Shown: positions 13,567-26,415, counted from the whole stretch's first letter. The stretch is 61,305 nucleotides of DNA, filler included, from Porpidia crustulata (GCA_964255105.1; 9 parts of 9 records of this genome joined end to end with filler, not necessarily neighbours in it); one strand, 5' to 3'. The notes: generated by a model not told the origin, from the letters alone. Translations and numbers: made by a program.

Positions 13567-13666
13567 NNNNNNNNNNNNNNNNNNNNNNNNNNNNNNNNNN
13601 NNNNNNNNNNTTAATTAATTAANNNNNNNNNNNNNNNNNNNNNNNNNNNNNNNNNNNNNNNNNNNN
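13567..13666. other. Artificial contig linker
   Basis: N44-TTAATTAATTAA-N44. Confidence 0.99.
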
Positions 13667-13900
13667 GGTGTGGTCTGGGGGGCTGTAGAAGGAGATTGAC
13701 AAAGGGGGATCGTAAAATGGATGAGACCGACTGGAATGATTGAGTGTAGGGTTCCGCAGCGGCGCTTTGGACGTTCCTTTATGCCGCGGGCTAAATCGTC
13801 GAACCATTCCAAAACCCCAAATCGGACTGGAAGCGCCAGAGAATGCTACCCCAAGAGCCTCGCACCCCTTTCCTCGCTCTTCGGAAAAACCACCACATCC

Positions 13901-14942
13901 TCATCCCAACAGTGCCGCCAAACCAATCCCACCCGCAAACATGCACGCCACCGACACGATGCTCGCAGTCGAAAACGTCGACAAACCGCTAATCCCATGC
14001 CCGGACGTACATCCTCCCGCCAACCTCGCCCCAAATACCATCACAAACCCTCCCACCAACGCCGTAACGTCTGAAATCTGACTCTCAGCCATCGGGGGAC
14101 TAGACTGTGGTAGCGCCCATGCGCCAACGAGCATGCCGACGGCAAAGATCATGGATCGTGTTGATGGCGCGGGACCCTTGCCGTCCAAGGTGCGCCAAAA
14201 GTGCTGCCCTATTTCCGAAAAGGTGCTGGAGCAGCCAACGGCGGCGCTGGTTAGCAGCAAGGACGCCGCCTGCGCGGCACCGATTAGCAAGGCGCCACAT
14301 ACTGCAAGAAGAGGCGTCAGGGACACGTCTTCCGTTCTCAGCAGCGTGGTCGCGGCAATGACGGCTAAGCATGCGGTTTCGAAGGCCCAGAGGACGTGCT
14401 TGGCATCGAGGTTGAGTTTACCGTGGATGGTAAGTTTGTTCGCAGGCGCGGAGGCGGGCGCCCGGGGCGAGCGTATATAGTGGGAGACTCGGGCGTGCAG
14501 GATGCCGGCCAGAATGCCGCCGAGCATTGCGAAGCGGCCGGAGCGGATGCCGGTGATGAGTTGGACGAAGACGGTTCCAGGGCAGGCGCCGGAGAGGGCC
14601 ATGCCGATGCCGATGAGTAGGCCACCGATGACATTGCCATCATAGACGCCGAACCAGCCCATGGAGGATGCGGATCGGGGTTTTACTTGGCGGATACCGT
14701 TTCGTTCGAGTATGGCCACAACGAGCCTGAGGATTATCAGTGATATGGGAGAAAGTGTGCCAGGGAGATACGAGGGAGTCTTACGCGCTGGTGCCACTCG
14801 CACCCAGGAAGACTTTGAGCATGTGGAAGCTGGTGAGCTGCATCTGGGAGATGATGACGGAAGGAAGATAGACTTTGGAATACTTGAGCGCGGCGCCGAA
14901 CATCGCTCCGGCCAAGCCGGTGGCCAGGACGTTTGCAGACAT
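13901..14942 (-). CDS. YeeE/YedE family (thiosulfate/sulfur-compound transporter-like) membrane protein, 2 exons
   Basis: Start MSANVLATGLAGAMFGAALKYSKVYLPSVIISQMQLTSFHMLKVFL at ATG 14942; one GTAAGA...CAG intron; family motifs GMALSGACPGT and FGARLAGGCTSGHGISG. Confidence 0.9.
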
Positions 14943-16892
14943 GCAGTTAAGAAGAGTGAAACTGAGATGTGACGAAGAGATTCTGAGCAGAAAACGAAGT
15001 TCTTGTACATATGGAAAAAATCTAGATATTCATCATAATGTTAAGATCGAGATAATTTGCCATGTCTGCGTGTGCGCTGGAACGAATATCGCCTCCATGC
15101 CGGGAGCCGTCGTCTAGAACAAATCATAATCCAGCTATTTCAATTGCACTTCGAAGTTTCCGTATCTGGAATGTGAGTTGAGATTCTTAGACGGCGATAA
15201 TCGATGGTCGGCGACTTCAAGGATTCTCATGGTCGCCGAGTGAGCGATCCTTGCTGGATTGCGGATAGCATGTTCTCTGCGCCGTTTCTCAACCACGGTA
15301 CTCCCGAACACTTGCAAGCTATCTTCATGATGCCTTCAAGAGCAAGTGCTGAACTTGAACTACTTTGAAAGGTTATCGAATATACATTAGAAAAAAAAGA
15401 ACAGCGATTGGTGAACGGATCTTGATTCTTCCCTAGGGACGACTTTCTGATGACCTAACTCCTCCGGGAAATCTGCTGAGCAGGGTGGTGTCTTTTGATA
15501 CTTCCATCTGAAGCAATCGAATCATCCACATACCTGGTCGAGAAAATCTTATTGTCGACATGTCTGGCATAAGTAGATCTTCTTGCATTCGAGGAAAATG
15601 GTCTGGACGATGCCTTTTCTGCGAATTAGATGAACCAACGCTCGCAGGTCCACCAAAGGAAAGAAACGATTCATCTAATTATGACAGAATTTTCCGTTGT
15701 CCCTTGTTCTCGGATGCGTGGACAGTTTCTGAAGGGCCCAAGGTGCTTGCTTCAAAAATCTATAGTCCTCTGTACCCTCAATATTGACAGTTCGTTCAGT
15801 GTGGATTTTCACCACCTGATGAAGCGCTCATTTGATCTCGCTTTTCACACATTGGAGACTTGTGGTGTACTGATCTAGGAGGACGTCAATGCTAGCATTC
15901 GTGCGCAGGATTCATCATAGACGCCGCATCATTGGTGATCAAACTAAAGTTGCTGAGCTCAGCGGTAATTAGAATCTAACAGGATTCACATGGTTTCCAC
16001 GTGTCTCAATATTGACCAGCGCTTGCTTCTGCCATCATCAAAATTAGCAACTGGTCTTCTGTCTGCGAAGTCATCCCGAGAATATACAATCATAAGGTTG
16101 TGAGACGTAAGAGATCGAATTCTTGCACCCCCTAATACGCTTTACTTTCCTGTAAGCTCATAGGATGTCGAGACAAAAGACACCTGCAACTCGTCTAGCG
16201 AACCAGATACGCCAGCTCACAAGACTTCTATGATCTGCAGATGGGTTAATATCGGCAGGTTCAATCTCGTGTGAAGACCGATATTCTCCCAATCGTCTTT
16301 TCTCCTCTATAATATGACAGTGTAGAAACTCCAGACAACTTACTTGCTACGGCATTTCCAATCATCTCGATGCTAAGGTATGAATACGGAGGTAGATTCG
16401 GGGATCGTCAGCGGGTCCGGGTGTCTTGTACTTTACACGTTCGATTGCAGACAGAAGGAAATATGGTATATTCTGCGTTCGGAGAGTTTCCTTGACACTA
16501 GGTAAGGAACCCTACCGCCTGGCTTCCATTGGATGTTGTATCACATAGTTTGAGCGTTGTCGCTACTAATCTGTATCTCTTCATGCTATAAGCCCAACTC
16601 TTAGAGTAACGTGGTCCCATTGCAGCGTTGTCTTGTATGGCCGCTTCGCAGAGCCTCATCCTCACCGACCACCTGATGCATTGTGATAGGATCGTCTAAG
16701 TGACAGTGTCTGCGGGGTAGAACCTTTGCCTCATCAGACATTCTGCGGCTGAAAGAGAGCGTCTGCGGTGCAAAGAATGAGCAGACTGAGCACACCCAAA
16801 AACTCTTAGAGAGACACAGAACATAACGAAAAATTCTTTGCAAGACTTATACGACACCATCGACGCTGCTGTCACCACCAATTTGTTTGGCT

Positions 16893-17427
16893 ATGGTCAT
16901 GCGCTGGTATTCGCATCTCCTCCTTCTTGGCCCCGGAGCCCAGGGCCCTGTGGAGCCTAACAATCAGACCCTCTTCTCCATCGCTGGGACCTACAAATGG
17001 CAATGTGTAAGTTCCTCATAATAGGACATTCGGCATGCCAGTGCTGTACCAAGAACATTGACACTAAGTTGTCTTGCTTGCTCCCACGATTAGTGCCAAT
17101 GGCACTGCAAAAACGAAAATGAAACCGATTCTGCGATAAAGAGTCCAGACTGCAGCAACTGCAACCATAAAAAATGTGGGCAATGTACTGGACTTAAAGA
17201 TGAGACTGAAAGCACGAGCTCGGTCTGGGAAAACCGGGCCGATAATGCTTGCTTCGCTGCGCCTGAATCGACGTGGTACTGCGTAAGTCTTCCTTGGTCG
17301 TGTATACGTCTTTCTAGACCTTGACGAATCCTAGTGCCAATGCTACGCTATCAATCTATCCGCGGTAGCTCCGACTCGATGCCCCGTATGCTCACATTAC
17401 AGATGCAGCAATTGTAGATTGGAATAA
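16893..17427 (+). CDS. Small (~131 aa) protein with two Cys/His zinc-ribbon-like repeats, 3 exons (not in ORF track)
   Basis: Exons 16893-17006, 17094-17282 and 17335-17427 with GTAAGT...TAG introns give ...KWQC|CQWHC...DCSNCNHKKCGQC...TWYC|CQC...RCPVCSHYRCSNCRLE*. Confidence 0.75.
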
Positions 17428-17485
17428 GGGTCACCGATGGCACGTTTCCGAATTGACAGTGCGACCCTTTTGGAAAAAAATCACA

Positions 17486-19481
17486 TTATCTGGTAGCAAA
17501 TACCCTTCGTCTGATCTTTGTGGCTACCTTAAATATTACAGGCCCTAATCTGCCTCCAATGCCCTGGAAGGTCTCGTTTTTGAATGCCAACAGGAGGGTC
17601 AACGCCGTGAGAAAGAAGATTAAAAGGGAATACGCAACCCAGTTTGCTCCTTTCGGCATGATGATCATGCTGAATATAGCCTGGATTTCATTAGCTTGGT
17701 CTGTTCGGTGGATTTTTATCTCTAGTCACCGTTCCCAGGCTAAGAGGTAAATAGACCTGTATTATTTAGCATAAGGAATACTCCCCGCAGGAGATATACA
17801 GAGAACGTACTACTGTCACTCTCGTAAGGCGGTTTATATTTTTACCCTGGAGAGTAGCCACACGACTTTCTACCATCGCTGAAGCGTTCACAAGCTTCAT
17901 GAATTAGCAAAGTCTTGAGCGTTGCTGCATCCGGCCTTACCCCATTCCTCATGTTGTCGAACATTTCGGTCCTTTGTTGTAATAACCTCCTAAGGAAACG
18001 GAGTTCTGTCATATTCTTTTCGATGGCAGCAAAGTATGAGCCCCACACTCGCCGATGCGTTTCTTGTTCGTTTACCTCAAAGTATTGAATTTCGCCGTTC
18101 TCAAAACTTTCCCAAGACTCAAGAATCTTTATTAATGAGTTGTGGAGAAGACGTAGCAATTCAATTGTGGTAGTATATGTTCGAGTTCGGCTCAACCCAA
18201 TATCGTCTACCAGTGAAGCTTTACGTATTGGTCCACTGAAGATGCTTGCCTCCTAGCACATGTTAAGACCATCTAAGTCGCACCAACGAAACGCTACCTT
18301 ACCTACATGGTATTGTAATCGCTCTTCCAAGACGTTCACTATATTACCCCATTCCTTCGTGATCTGATTAATCCGACAAGAGAGTATCAGGAGAAAATAT
18401 TCTCTAGGGTTCCATATGGGATAAGCGTTATCTTTTTCGCCGCCTGTAGGCGCATCGAGGCCGTTATCGTTGTAGTAGTGCACCGACTCCTCACTATCGA
18501 AACGGGTTTCCGTGCAGCAATATGCAGTCCAGAACCATTCATCTATACCTGTGACTAAAACTGATATCTGTGCTTCGTAGATGAATTCGGATATATTCAA
18601 AGTCTCATGGTTTGGAATAAAATTGCCACATCGCCGAAGACCACGCGGGTCTTCTTGAAGTGTAGTGCTCCGCCGAAGTGCATAATATGGAAGGTGGAAT
18701 TCTAATGCAAAACCAAACGACTGTGCTTCGAATTAGGCATAGGGAAACAGAATCACGACGTACAGCGTACCATTGAAACGCCGAAGAAAACGCGATATGA
18801 GATATACCGTTGTAGGAAATCACGCAAGATTGGCGCTCGTATGCTGGAAGTGGTGGAGATGATTGCAAGTCCACAAACAGCATCCATGTTTGCGACGTAT
18901 CTGTCTGACCATCAGGAGAGTTTCACTTATTCGAGACACTTATACACACAGCACGCGTCGCTCAGCGCCATCTGAAAGTCTCTAAATTTTCAAGGGATTA
19001 ACCAGGTTGCACAAGACGCAGCACAGTATAATCTCACGCTCTTAAGTAGTTTCCTGTATAGATCACCGGGATTCAATAAACCCGAGACTATGTTTTCACC
19101 TGGCGGTGGTCGATCACTGTATCCATCCCAATTGCGTGCCGAGTGTTGCGTGCCGTTGATATCATGCCAACCAGTGTCGTCTCGTCTGTCGTCGAGCAGT
19201 ACTAGGTTTATATCGTGGGTCGAGGGTGTAGGGATGTTGTCCCAATTTACCACATTGGCGGACTCGAGGAACCTTCGTAAAGCGCTATAGCTTAGTTGAG
19301 GGGGATCCAGCCTCGAACGTTGCCTTCGCAGGAAGAGGTCTACGATGGCCTCTCCATCCGCAGGTACTAATTTATTGTCCTCCGCACGGTATGCGCGCCG
19401 TTGCCGTTCAGCGAATTTTCGATCCCACACAAACACACGATCTTGAAAACGACGTCTGAAGTTTCGAGAGTAATCTTCCAT
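17486..19481 (-). CDS. Fungal hypothetical protein with CorA-like C-terminal transmembrane region, multi-exon
   Basis: Spliced ORFs 18990-19481, 18253-18600, 17842-18195 and 17486-17668: IYEAQISVLVTGIDEWFWTAYC, PIWNPREYFL, coiled segment, then AIFSM and a TM helix. 5' end uncertain (possible upstream exon). Confidence 0.65.
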
Positions 19482-20396
19482 CCTAAAATCATAAGAGCGC
19501 ACAGAATGAGCTTTACGATGACAGGCAGAGGAGAAGGAGAAGGGGAAATTCTCTCGACATCAGCCTTGCGCATACGATGCTGTCCAGCCTTGTTGAATGC
19601 TTCCAGCGAGGCATGACTGCAGTAGGGCCTGGCGATGCCGCTGGTGCACGCCGATTAATGTGGAAGGGTTCCAGGGCGATCAGGAATTTGAGGATGAACG
19701 TAAGCCAGACTCTTCATTATTGCATCCAGGTCCTGACTAAGCCTGTAGGAGTACGGATTCTTACAGGAATTTCAATTCTTTGCATATTGGCGTCTCACAA
19801 ATTGTCTCAGTAGCCGAGGATCGCTAAGTCAGCTCGAATTAGTGATTCTCGCTTAAGTTCCTTTGAATTGCAATAGGTGAAGAGGTAGTCACGTAGTCTA
19901 AGATACAATACCAGTAGAAAAGATGGATCGATGGATGGAAATTGATAACCCATATCGACATTCTCTCACCTAGAGTACTTACTTGGTCGTGGCTAAGTCT
20001 TCATTTAATTACTTCCGCTTCCTTCTAGAGCAGTGACGTCCCTGTGGAGCAAGATTGAAGAAACATCACCGTCACACACTGACTTTAACTTCTCACGCCC
20101 CCACAATAATTCCCAAGGCACCTTTCTACCGTGATTTTAACACTGATGGGACGGCCCCATTAATCTAGATATCTCGTCATCTACGACAGCAGAAAATACT
20201 TGACCGGATACTAATTCAGTCTGGTGATTCTACTGCTGTGGTGGGACCCCTAGTTTATGTTAGTGCGATGGAGCAAGACAGGGGCGGAAGCAGGGAGCTT
20301 GGTTGGTATATATCCTAGTCCTGCCCCCTGTCCCCGAAAGCGTACTACGGTATCCGGGGGAATAATTGTTAGTAGGTGGCTTTTGGCTATACCCGA

Positions 20397-20496
20397 NNNN
20401 NNNNNNNNNNNNNNNNNNNNNNNNNNNNNNNNNNNNNNNNTTAATTAATTAANNNNNNNNNNNNNNNNNNNNNNNNNNNNNNNNNNNNNNNNNNNN
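20397..20496. other. Artificial contig linker
   Basis: N44-TTAATTAATTAA-N44. Confidence 0.99.
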
Positions 20497-20548
20497 CCGA
20501 TTTTGGAATTTAGCGAAAATGATCACGAAAACAGTCAAATTTGATACC

Positions 20549-20846
20549 CCATTCAACGCTTCATTTAGGACTTCATTTGATGCCCACTCAGTGCTCCATT
20601 CAGTGCTTCATTTAATGTCCACCAGTGCTTCATTCAGTCCTCTATTTAATGCCCCATTTAATGCCCCCCCAGTGCTTCATTTAATGCTCCATTTGATGCC
20701 CACCCAGTGCTCCATTCAATGCTTCATTTAATGCTCACCCAGTGCTTCATTCAGTGCTTCATTCAGGGCTTCATTCAGTGTCCCCCTAGTACTCCATTGC
20801 TCATTCAGTGCTTCATTCAGAGCTTCATTCAATGCCCCTCGCCTCA
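20549..20846. repeat. Degenerate ~12-bp minisatellite (TTCAGTGCTTCA-like), block 1
   Basis: Recurrent CAGTGCTTCATT / TAATGCTCCATT units. Confidence 0.8.
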
Positions 20847-21480
20847 GCAAGCTTTGGCGATTTACTATTTAGCCTCCTATTGGCATTTTGGATGTTGATT
20901 GGCAATCTCCGCTACATGAGGCTGGGGACACCAGTAGAAATTTTCCTATGTTTCCTTTTCCACCCCCTGGAGAACCTCCTAATAACAACATCATTATCTA
21001 TGCCGACGATTCCATAACTGGTCTTCCAACACCTTTGAAACGAGCTTGGAGCTTTGCCTAAGCAGGTCTTGGTTCGTTGTCTTTGAAGCAGAGCTTTTAT
21101 TTCCTAGCAGGCCTTGACGAATTTCCAACTTCTTTTCTTTTCGAGCATGAGGGCGGCGGAAGCGACCGAAGCGGAATGGATTGCCTACAGCGCAGGACTT
21201 TTGAAAGTTACCTTCTGTTGGCTCGCGCGCCTGTGTGATAATAGTTGCTTTCTTTCGGCTCGAGCAACCTGTTGCAGTCCGGTATCGTCTTGGAGCTTTT
21301 AGTTTCACGTTTTCTGATGAGATATTCGCCTTACAATGGTTGAAGTTTATGTGGCGGAATCTCTTTCGGCAATGAAATTTGAAACTACATATCGTCCTTG
21401 TGAAAGACTTAGTCGTAGACACATCGTGAGGTTATCTATCACCAAGCTGCACCTGGACTGGCATCCTCCTGAGTACCACT

Positions 21481-22014
21481 CTAATCACCCGACTCATTAC
21501 CACCAGGATTTTGATACTCTTCGCTTTTGAACTTGACAAACTCTTCCCCAAGAGATGCTTCCGATACATCCACAACTCGACCATGTGTTCGGAACCAATT
21601 GAAGATTTTGATGATCACCTCATTGGTTTTTGCCTCTTTGGACACTTTGACTTCGGTTGCCATTTCAGGTTCATCGAGACCATATCCATTGGATAAGACG
21701 CAATCCAAATCTGCAACCAAAAACCATGCAATTTTTTGTCGCGTTATCAGCACATTGGCTCTGCGCCGATCCACCAAGGAACCGATGCTGCCTTGATCGT
21801 TTGAACCACGAAAGAAGTCTATGAACATGAATTTCTTATCCTTGCCTTGCCAGAATTCGGTGGTTCCGACGACGACATTCAAAAAGTTGTTGATTGGCAT
21901 TGCCTGATCAATTTCTTGCAATGCCTTGAGATAGCTGCGAACTTGAGCTCGATATGGCGTCGCGATTCCAATCATGTTCGTTTCAACGTTTCCACGCGTA
22001 ACAAGGCTGATCAT
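21481..22014 (-). pseudogene. C-terminal fragment of a UPF1/DNA2/NAM7-like superfamily-1 helicase (AAA_12 region)
   Basis: IGIATPYRAQV, TTEFWQGKDK and RRANVLITRQK match the late SF1 motifs. No Walker A/B upstream on the contig; the upstream frame is interrupted by stops and repeats. Confidence 0.7.
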
Positions 22015-22369
22015 CTCCTGGCATGCTGCTGTTCCTATAAAAATTTTTCTAGCACTTGGCTTCGACCTCGGATTTAATGACTTTTCTACTGAATAAATTG
22101 TGCTTGGGTATCTGATCTATCTGGACATTCTGCCGTTTGGATACGGCAGTCCATGTCGAGTACAGGGGAACTAACTACATGACCAAAATGGAAAATGGAA
22201 AATTGGAATTTGGGGATTTGACAATTGAAAAATTAAAATGGGAGTTGTCCTATTGAAACATTTATCGCACATGGTAATCCGGTGTACATGATGGTTTTCT
22301 ATTGTTAATAATAAGAAAAAAAGCTTGTAGATAGATTTTTGAATCGATATAAACATGACATTATGTTGA

Positions 22370-22480
22370 TTTCATTCGGGACTTCATCTAATGTTCCATT
22401 TAGTGCATTCAGTGCTTCATTCAGTGCTTTATTTAATGCTCTGTTTAATACTCTACTCAATAATCTACCCAATGTTCTAT
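22370..22480. repeat. Degenerate ~12-bp minisatellite, block 2
   Basis: Opens TTCATTCGGGACTTCATCTAATG, like TTCATTTAGGACTTCATTTGATG in block 1, followed by CAGTGCTTCATT units. Confidence 0.7.
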
Positions 22481-22741
22481 ATATTGCTGTCACGGTTGGC
22501 ACGTGACATCGGATAAAGGTAAAATCCGGTGTTAGAAAAAGTTGGTGTTAGGACTTTGGGCACGGTACGGTTCATTGATTTCCTATCACTTGGGGGATCA
22601 ACACCGGAGTTGGGCTTGGCGCACCTACTTAACGGCCTGTTTCTTGCTTGTTTCTTGCTTTCCTTTCTTCTTCGTGCAACGTCTTGTATCTAAAACCCTA
22701 GTTACTAGAATACAGTCTTTGCCCCAGTCCAGTCCCGTGAC

Positions 22742-23005
22742 AAGTGCCTTCAGTGCTTTATCTAGTGCTCTGTTCAATATTCTATCCAACACTCCATCCA
22801 GAGTCCCATCTAATGTTCCATTGAGTGCTTCCAGTACTTCATCCAGTGCTCCACTATCAAGTTCCGCCAGTGCTTCACTCAATGTTCCATCCAATGCTTC
22901 ATTGAGTGTTTCTTCCAATACTATATTCAGTGCTCTATCCAATACCCTATTCAATGAAGACAGTGCTTCATCCAATGTTCCACTTAATGCTTTCAGTGCT
23001 TCAGC
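22742..23005. repeat. Degenerate ~12-bp minisatellite, block 3
   Basis: Same unit; reads as LNEA/LDGT/LDRA tetrapeptides on the minus strand (ORF 22625-23104). Confidence 0.75.
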
Positions 23006-23958
23006 CACTGCAGCATAAGGAATCTCAAAGCAAGTATTGCTAGCCCCTGAATAAAGTGATAAAGACGCATCTGTAACGCTTGTCAAGTATCGGAAGCTTT
23101 CCATTATCGAAAATTACATCGTACTCCAGTGGAGGATACTCATTGTCGGATAGACTGATAGTGTCTTCGTTTTGGAATCTATTTTCTCTTCAAAACCCAA
23201 CTAGCCTCTTGACTGACAAATTCGAGACTTCGAACTTGGTCCGTATGATTGGCCGAGCAGGCTTAGAGGTGAGGGTTAGGTTGGGTTCGGAATAAAGTAG
23301 GGTGAGGGAGACGCGGATGATTTTAAAAAAATCCCCGTTCAATGGTGGTCTTAATTGTGGGGTAGCTGAACACCCTGGCCGCTGAATGGGTGCCATCGAA
23401 TTTTATGAGCGCATGGGCATTTCTTTCTCCAATAACGATGTTTTTAAAAATGTCTCCAAAAATGCAAAAGTATATTTAATGGTGTGGGCGGTATGGGTAT
23501 TGTAATCACAGTTTGATCAACACATAGAGTACGGGTAGTGTTGTGTACGTGAAATACGCTAAAGTGATGACGCGCATTAGCGGAAATTCATTGTGTATAA
23601 CCTCAGTAGAAATGATTTCAATCCCTTTCTTCTCTTTGCTGTTGCCGTAAGGTGCAGTCTTACCCTTTATTAATTTTGTCTGGACACATCATAGAAATTC
23701 AAATATTCTCTTTGATATATATAGAATCTTCAAGTATGTGGACAAATTTGCCACTCGGTCCTTCTTCATTTCGTTCTCGATATTCTCGATGCGGCAGTCA
23801 CCTCGCTTAGGATGAAATCTCTATTATGATCGTGTCAGAAGTCTTTTGTCTTCGTCTCTTCGACATAAGATACTTCCAACAGAGCTGAGCGATATGAACG
23901 TCCCATAACCTTCTTAGCTTGTCTCTCTGATCTCCTTGAAATTCAAGCTATCTTCGTC

Positions 23959-26415
23959 ATGCCTAGAAATTTAGACAGCCATAGACCACGTCAATATGAA
24001 AGGTCTTCTGACACACAGTATCAGCCGAGAGACCAGTATTCTCGACGTCAGTCTCGATCCAGATCGCCTTCTAGGTTCCGTTCATATAGAGACTATCATG
24101 GCCAAAGTCGAACAAGAAGTAGGTCTCCAGATAGACTTAGAGACCGACATTCTCGACGTCGGTCTCCGTCCAGATCGCCTTCTAGGTCCCATTCCTATAA
24201 AGACTATCGTGACCAAAGTCGAACAAGAACTAGGACTCCAGATAGACATCGAGATGGATATTTTCAAGGTCAAGCTTGCCCATCGTCAGAGCGTTGTTCC
24301 GAGCTTTCGTCTATAACCAAGAGGTGCTGCAAATTCTTTCTCTATTTGATCAAGTCCTAAACCGACTAATTGTATGTATCCAGGGATCGTACGTCCAGGA
24401 CAGAATCGACCCACCTCAACAACCCAGAAGGTGAACACTCGAAGCGAGGAAATGAGTGGCCGCCACCTTGGATGGAACAAAAGATTTACGTCTTCTTCTT
24501 GCTCCAGACAGTCATCTATGAAGCTCATTGCGTTTGAAGGGCAAAATTAAAAGCGAAAGAGCAGCAGTCTCAGACTCAGCAGGCGTTACTTGTTCAACGC
24601 ATGTCGAATTCTCATGCTCTCAAAGTATCGAACCTACCTAGAGTTCAGTTTGACCGGCAACCGATTGCAAGCACTTCGAGTATCATCTCAAAGGATAAAC
24701 CCCGGTTGACTGGCAATGATCATCAGTCCTACTCTTCAGTTTTAGTAGAAGGATTTGTCGTTCAAGGTATGGAACAATCGAACGGTCCCACAAGCAAGGA
24801 AGTATGTAGTGCAAGACCTACTAATCAGTCGGATTTCAACAGCAGTGATGAGGTATCAGATGACAGGGATAATGTCGAGCAGTGCCGTCCGGTTACTCAG
24901 GATACCTCTCATTACATTCAGCCAAGCTCCGTGCAGCCTTCGACAACCCAATCATCCAGTCAGGATATGTCTCGTTGCAGTCATCCAAGCGCTGTGCAGC
25001 CTTTGACAACTCAACCATTCAAGATGTCCGCAGACAATCGGAGTGCAGCGCTCCCCACTCATCAGTCTCGTGCGCAGACCGCTGTCATCAGTGCCAATGT
25101 CAGTTTCTTCCCCTTCATGCGTTTCTAGTGTGCGATCTACTGATGCATTGACCCAGGCAACATTTGATCCAGATCCTCCTTTACCTCCTCAATTTGGGTT
25201 TTTTGATGACCTGGAGTCCCAGGATCACGAAGACGTCGACGATAGCACGCGAGAGAACAACGTACTAAGCTTGGAGGAAATACTGAAAAGATATACGACA
25301 CTCGACTTACTGTCTCGTAGTGAAGCACGAATAATTTGGCCAGATGTTATGATCCATGGGGTGTATGATCAGTGGCGAGATCCTGTACGTTCGACTTCAT
25401 TCCTTCACCTATTGTACTCAAGCTAATACGTCGATACAATCAGTTGAAAGAACATCTCGATGCGGTTAACGACTTGTCACCTATAGCCGTCGCAAGTCGA
25501 AGAGTTGGCTTCGATCCGGAAGATCCGCCGTACTCTTCATATTCACGCGAGGAAATTCGGGGTATATGCGTTGACCGAGGCTTTTCTTGTAGTGATTCCC
25601 GGGCGCAGAAGAGTCGTACAAAAGCACAATTAATTACGATACTTAGAGCCGACGACGATGGAATGGCCTGCCCCGAGATTTCTCAGTGCCTGTCTTGTCC
25701 TATGCCAGAATTCGACGCCACCGCCGGTCAATTGATATTAGCTATTACTCGCGGTTTGGGTGAAATGGTCTTATGGAACAAGAACCGAGCCAGTGTCGAG
25801 GAACAGCTCTGGGAGTTGGGTCGTGCTGCGTCCGACATATTCATAAGGGATGACCACGTCTCCTCTCAGATAAATGGAAACATCATCCCAATTATGATGA
25901 CACAGCATTCGGCAACTAAGATGCCGTTGGTTTTAGACAGTAAAGCAAGAGGTATGGCCCGCAAAATATCTGAGAATCATGGACGTTCGATACTCACAAA
26001 AGCCATTGAAATGCTACGAACGAAAATTAAGGTATATTTCGTGTTAGAGGGAATGGATGGGCTATCCGTCAACGTTGAGCATTGGGAGCTCATCCGTACG
26101 ACTTTCCCTCAACACACCTTCATCATCATCATTCGAGAAACGAAGGTGCGTCTTGCGCAAGCCAATCCGGGTTATCCGATAAACGATCAAGACTGGGTAT
26201 ACTCCTGGGGATCTTACTGGGCTCAATGTGAATTACAACGACTGCTCGAGAAAAACACCAAGGACAGACTGTCCCGTTCCATTCTAAGCATGTGGGAGCA
26301 CGGATTGAACCCTGGAGACCCCAGTGCACCAAAGTGGTTACGCAATAGAAATCGGCTTTTGACTGGCGTGTTGTTCTATGAGGATAGGTGGCGCTTTCGC
26401 TCTGGCGGACTGTAG
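23959..26415 (+). CDS. Hypothetical multi-exon protein: RS-rich N-terminus, S/Q/T-rich middle, SAP/HeH-like motif and unrecognised C-terminal domain
   Basis: Co-oriented ORFs 23959-24360, 24601-25128, ~25150-25380 and 25372-26415 separated by intron-like gaps; YSSYSREEIRGICVDRGF...RTKAQLITILR. Exon joins not fully resolved; may be more than one gene or a pseudogene. Confidence 0.5.

Noticed and set aside
15400..16450. Possible ankyrin-repeat relic (LI*EDVNASIRAQDSS*TPHHW)
   Set aside because: A single weak motif containing stops; insufficient support.
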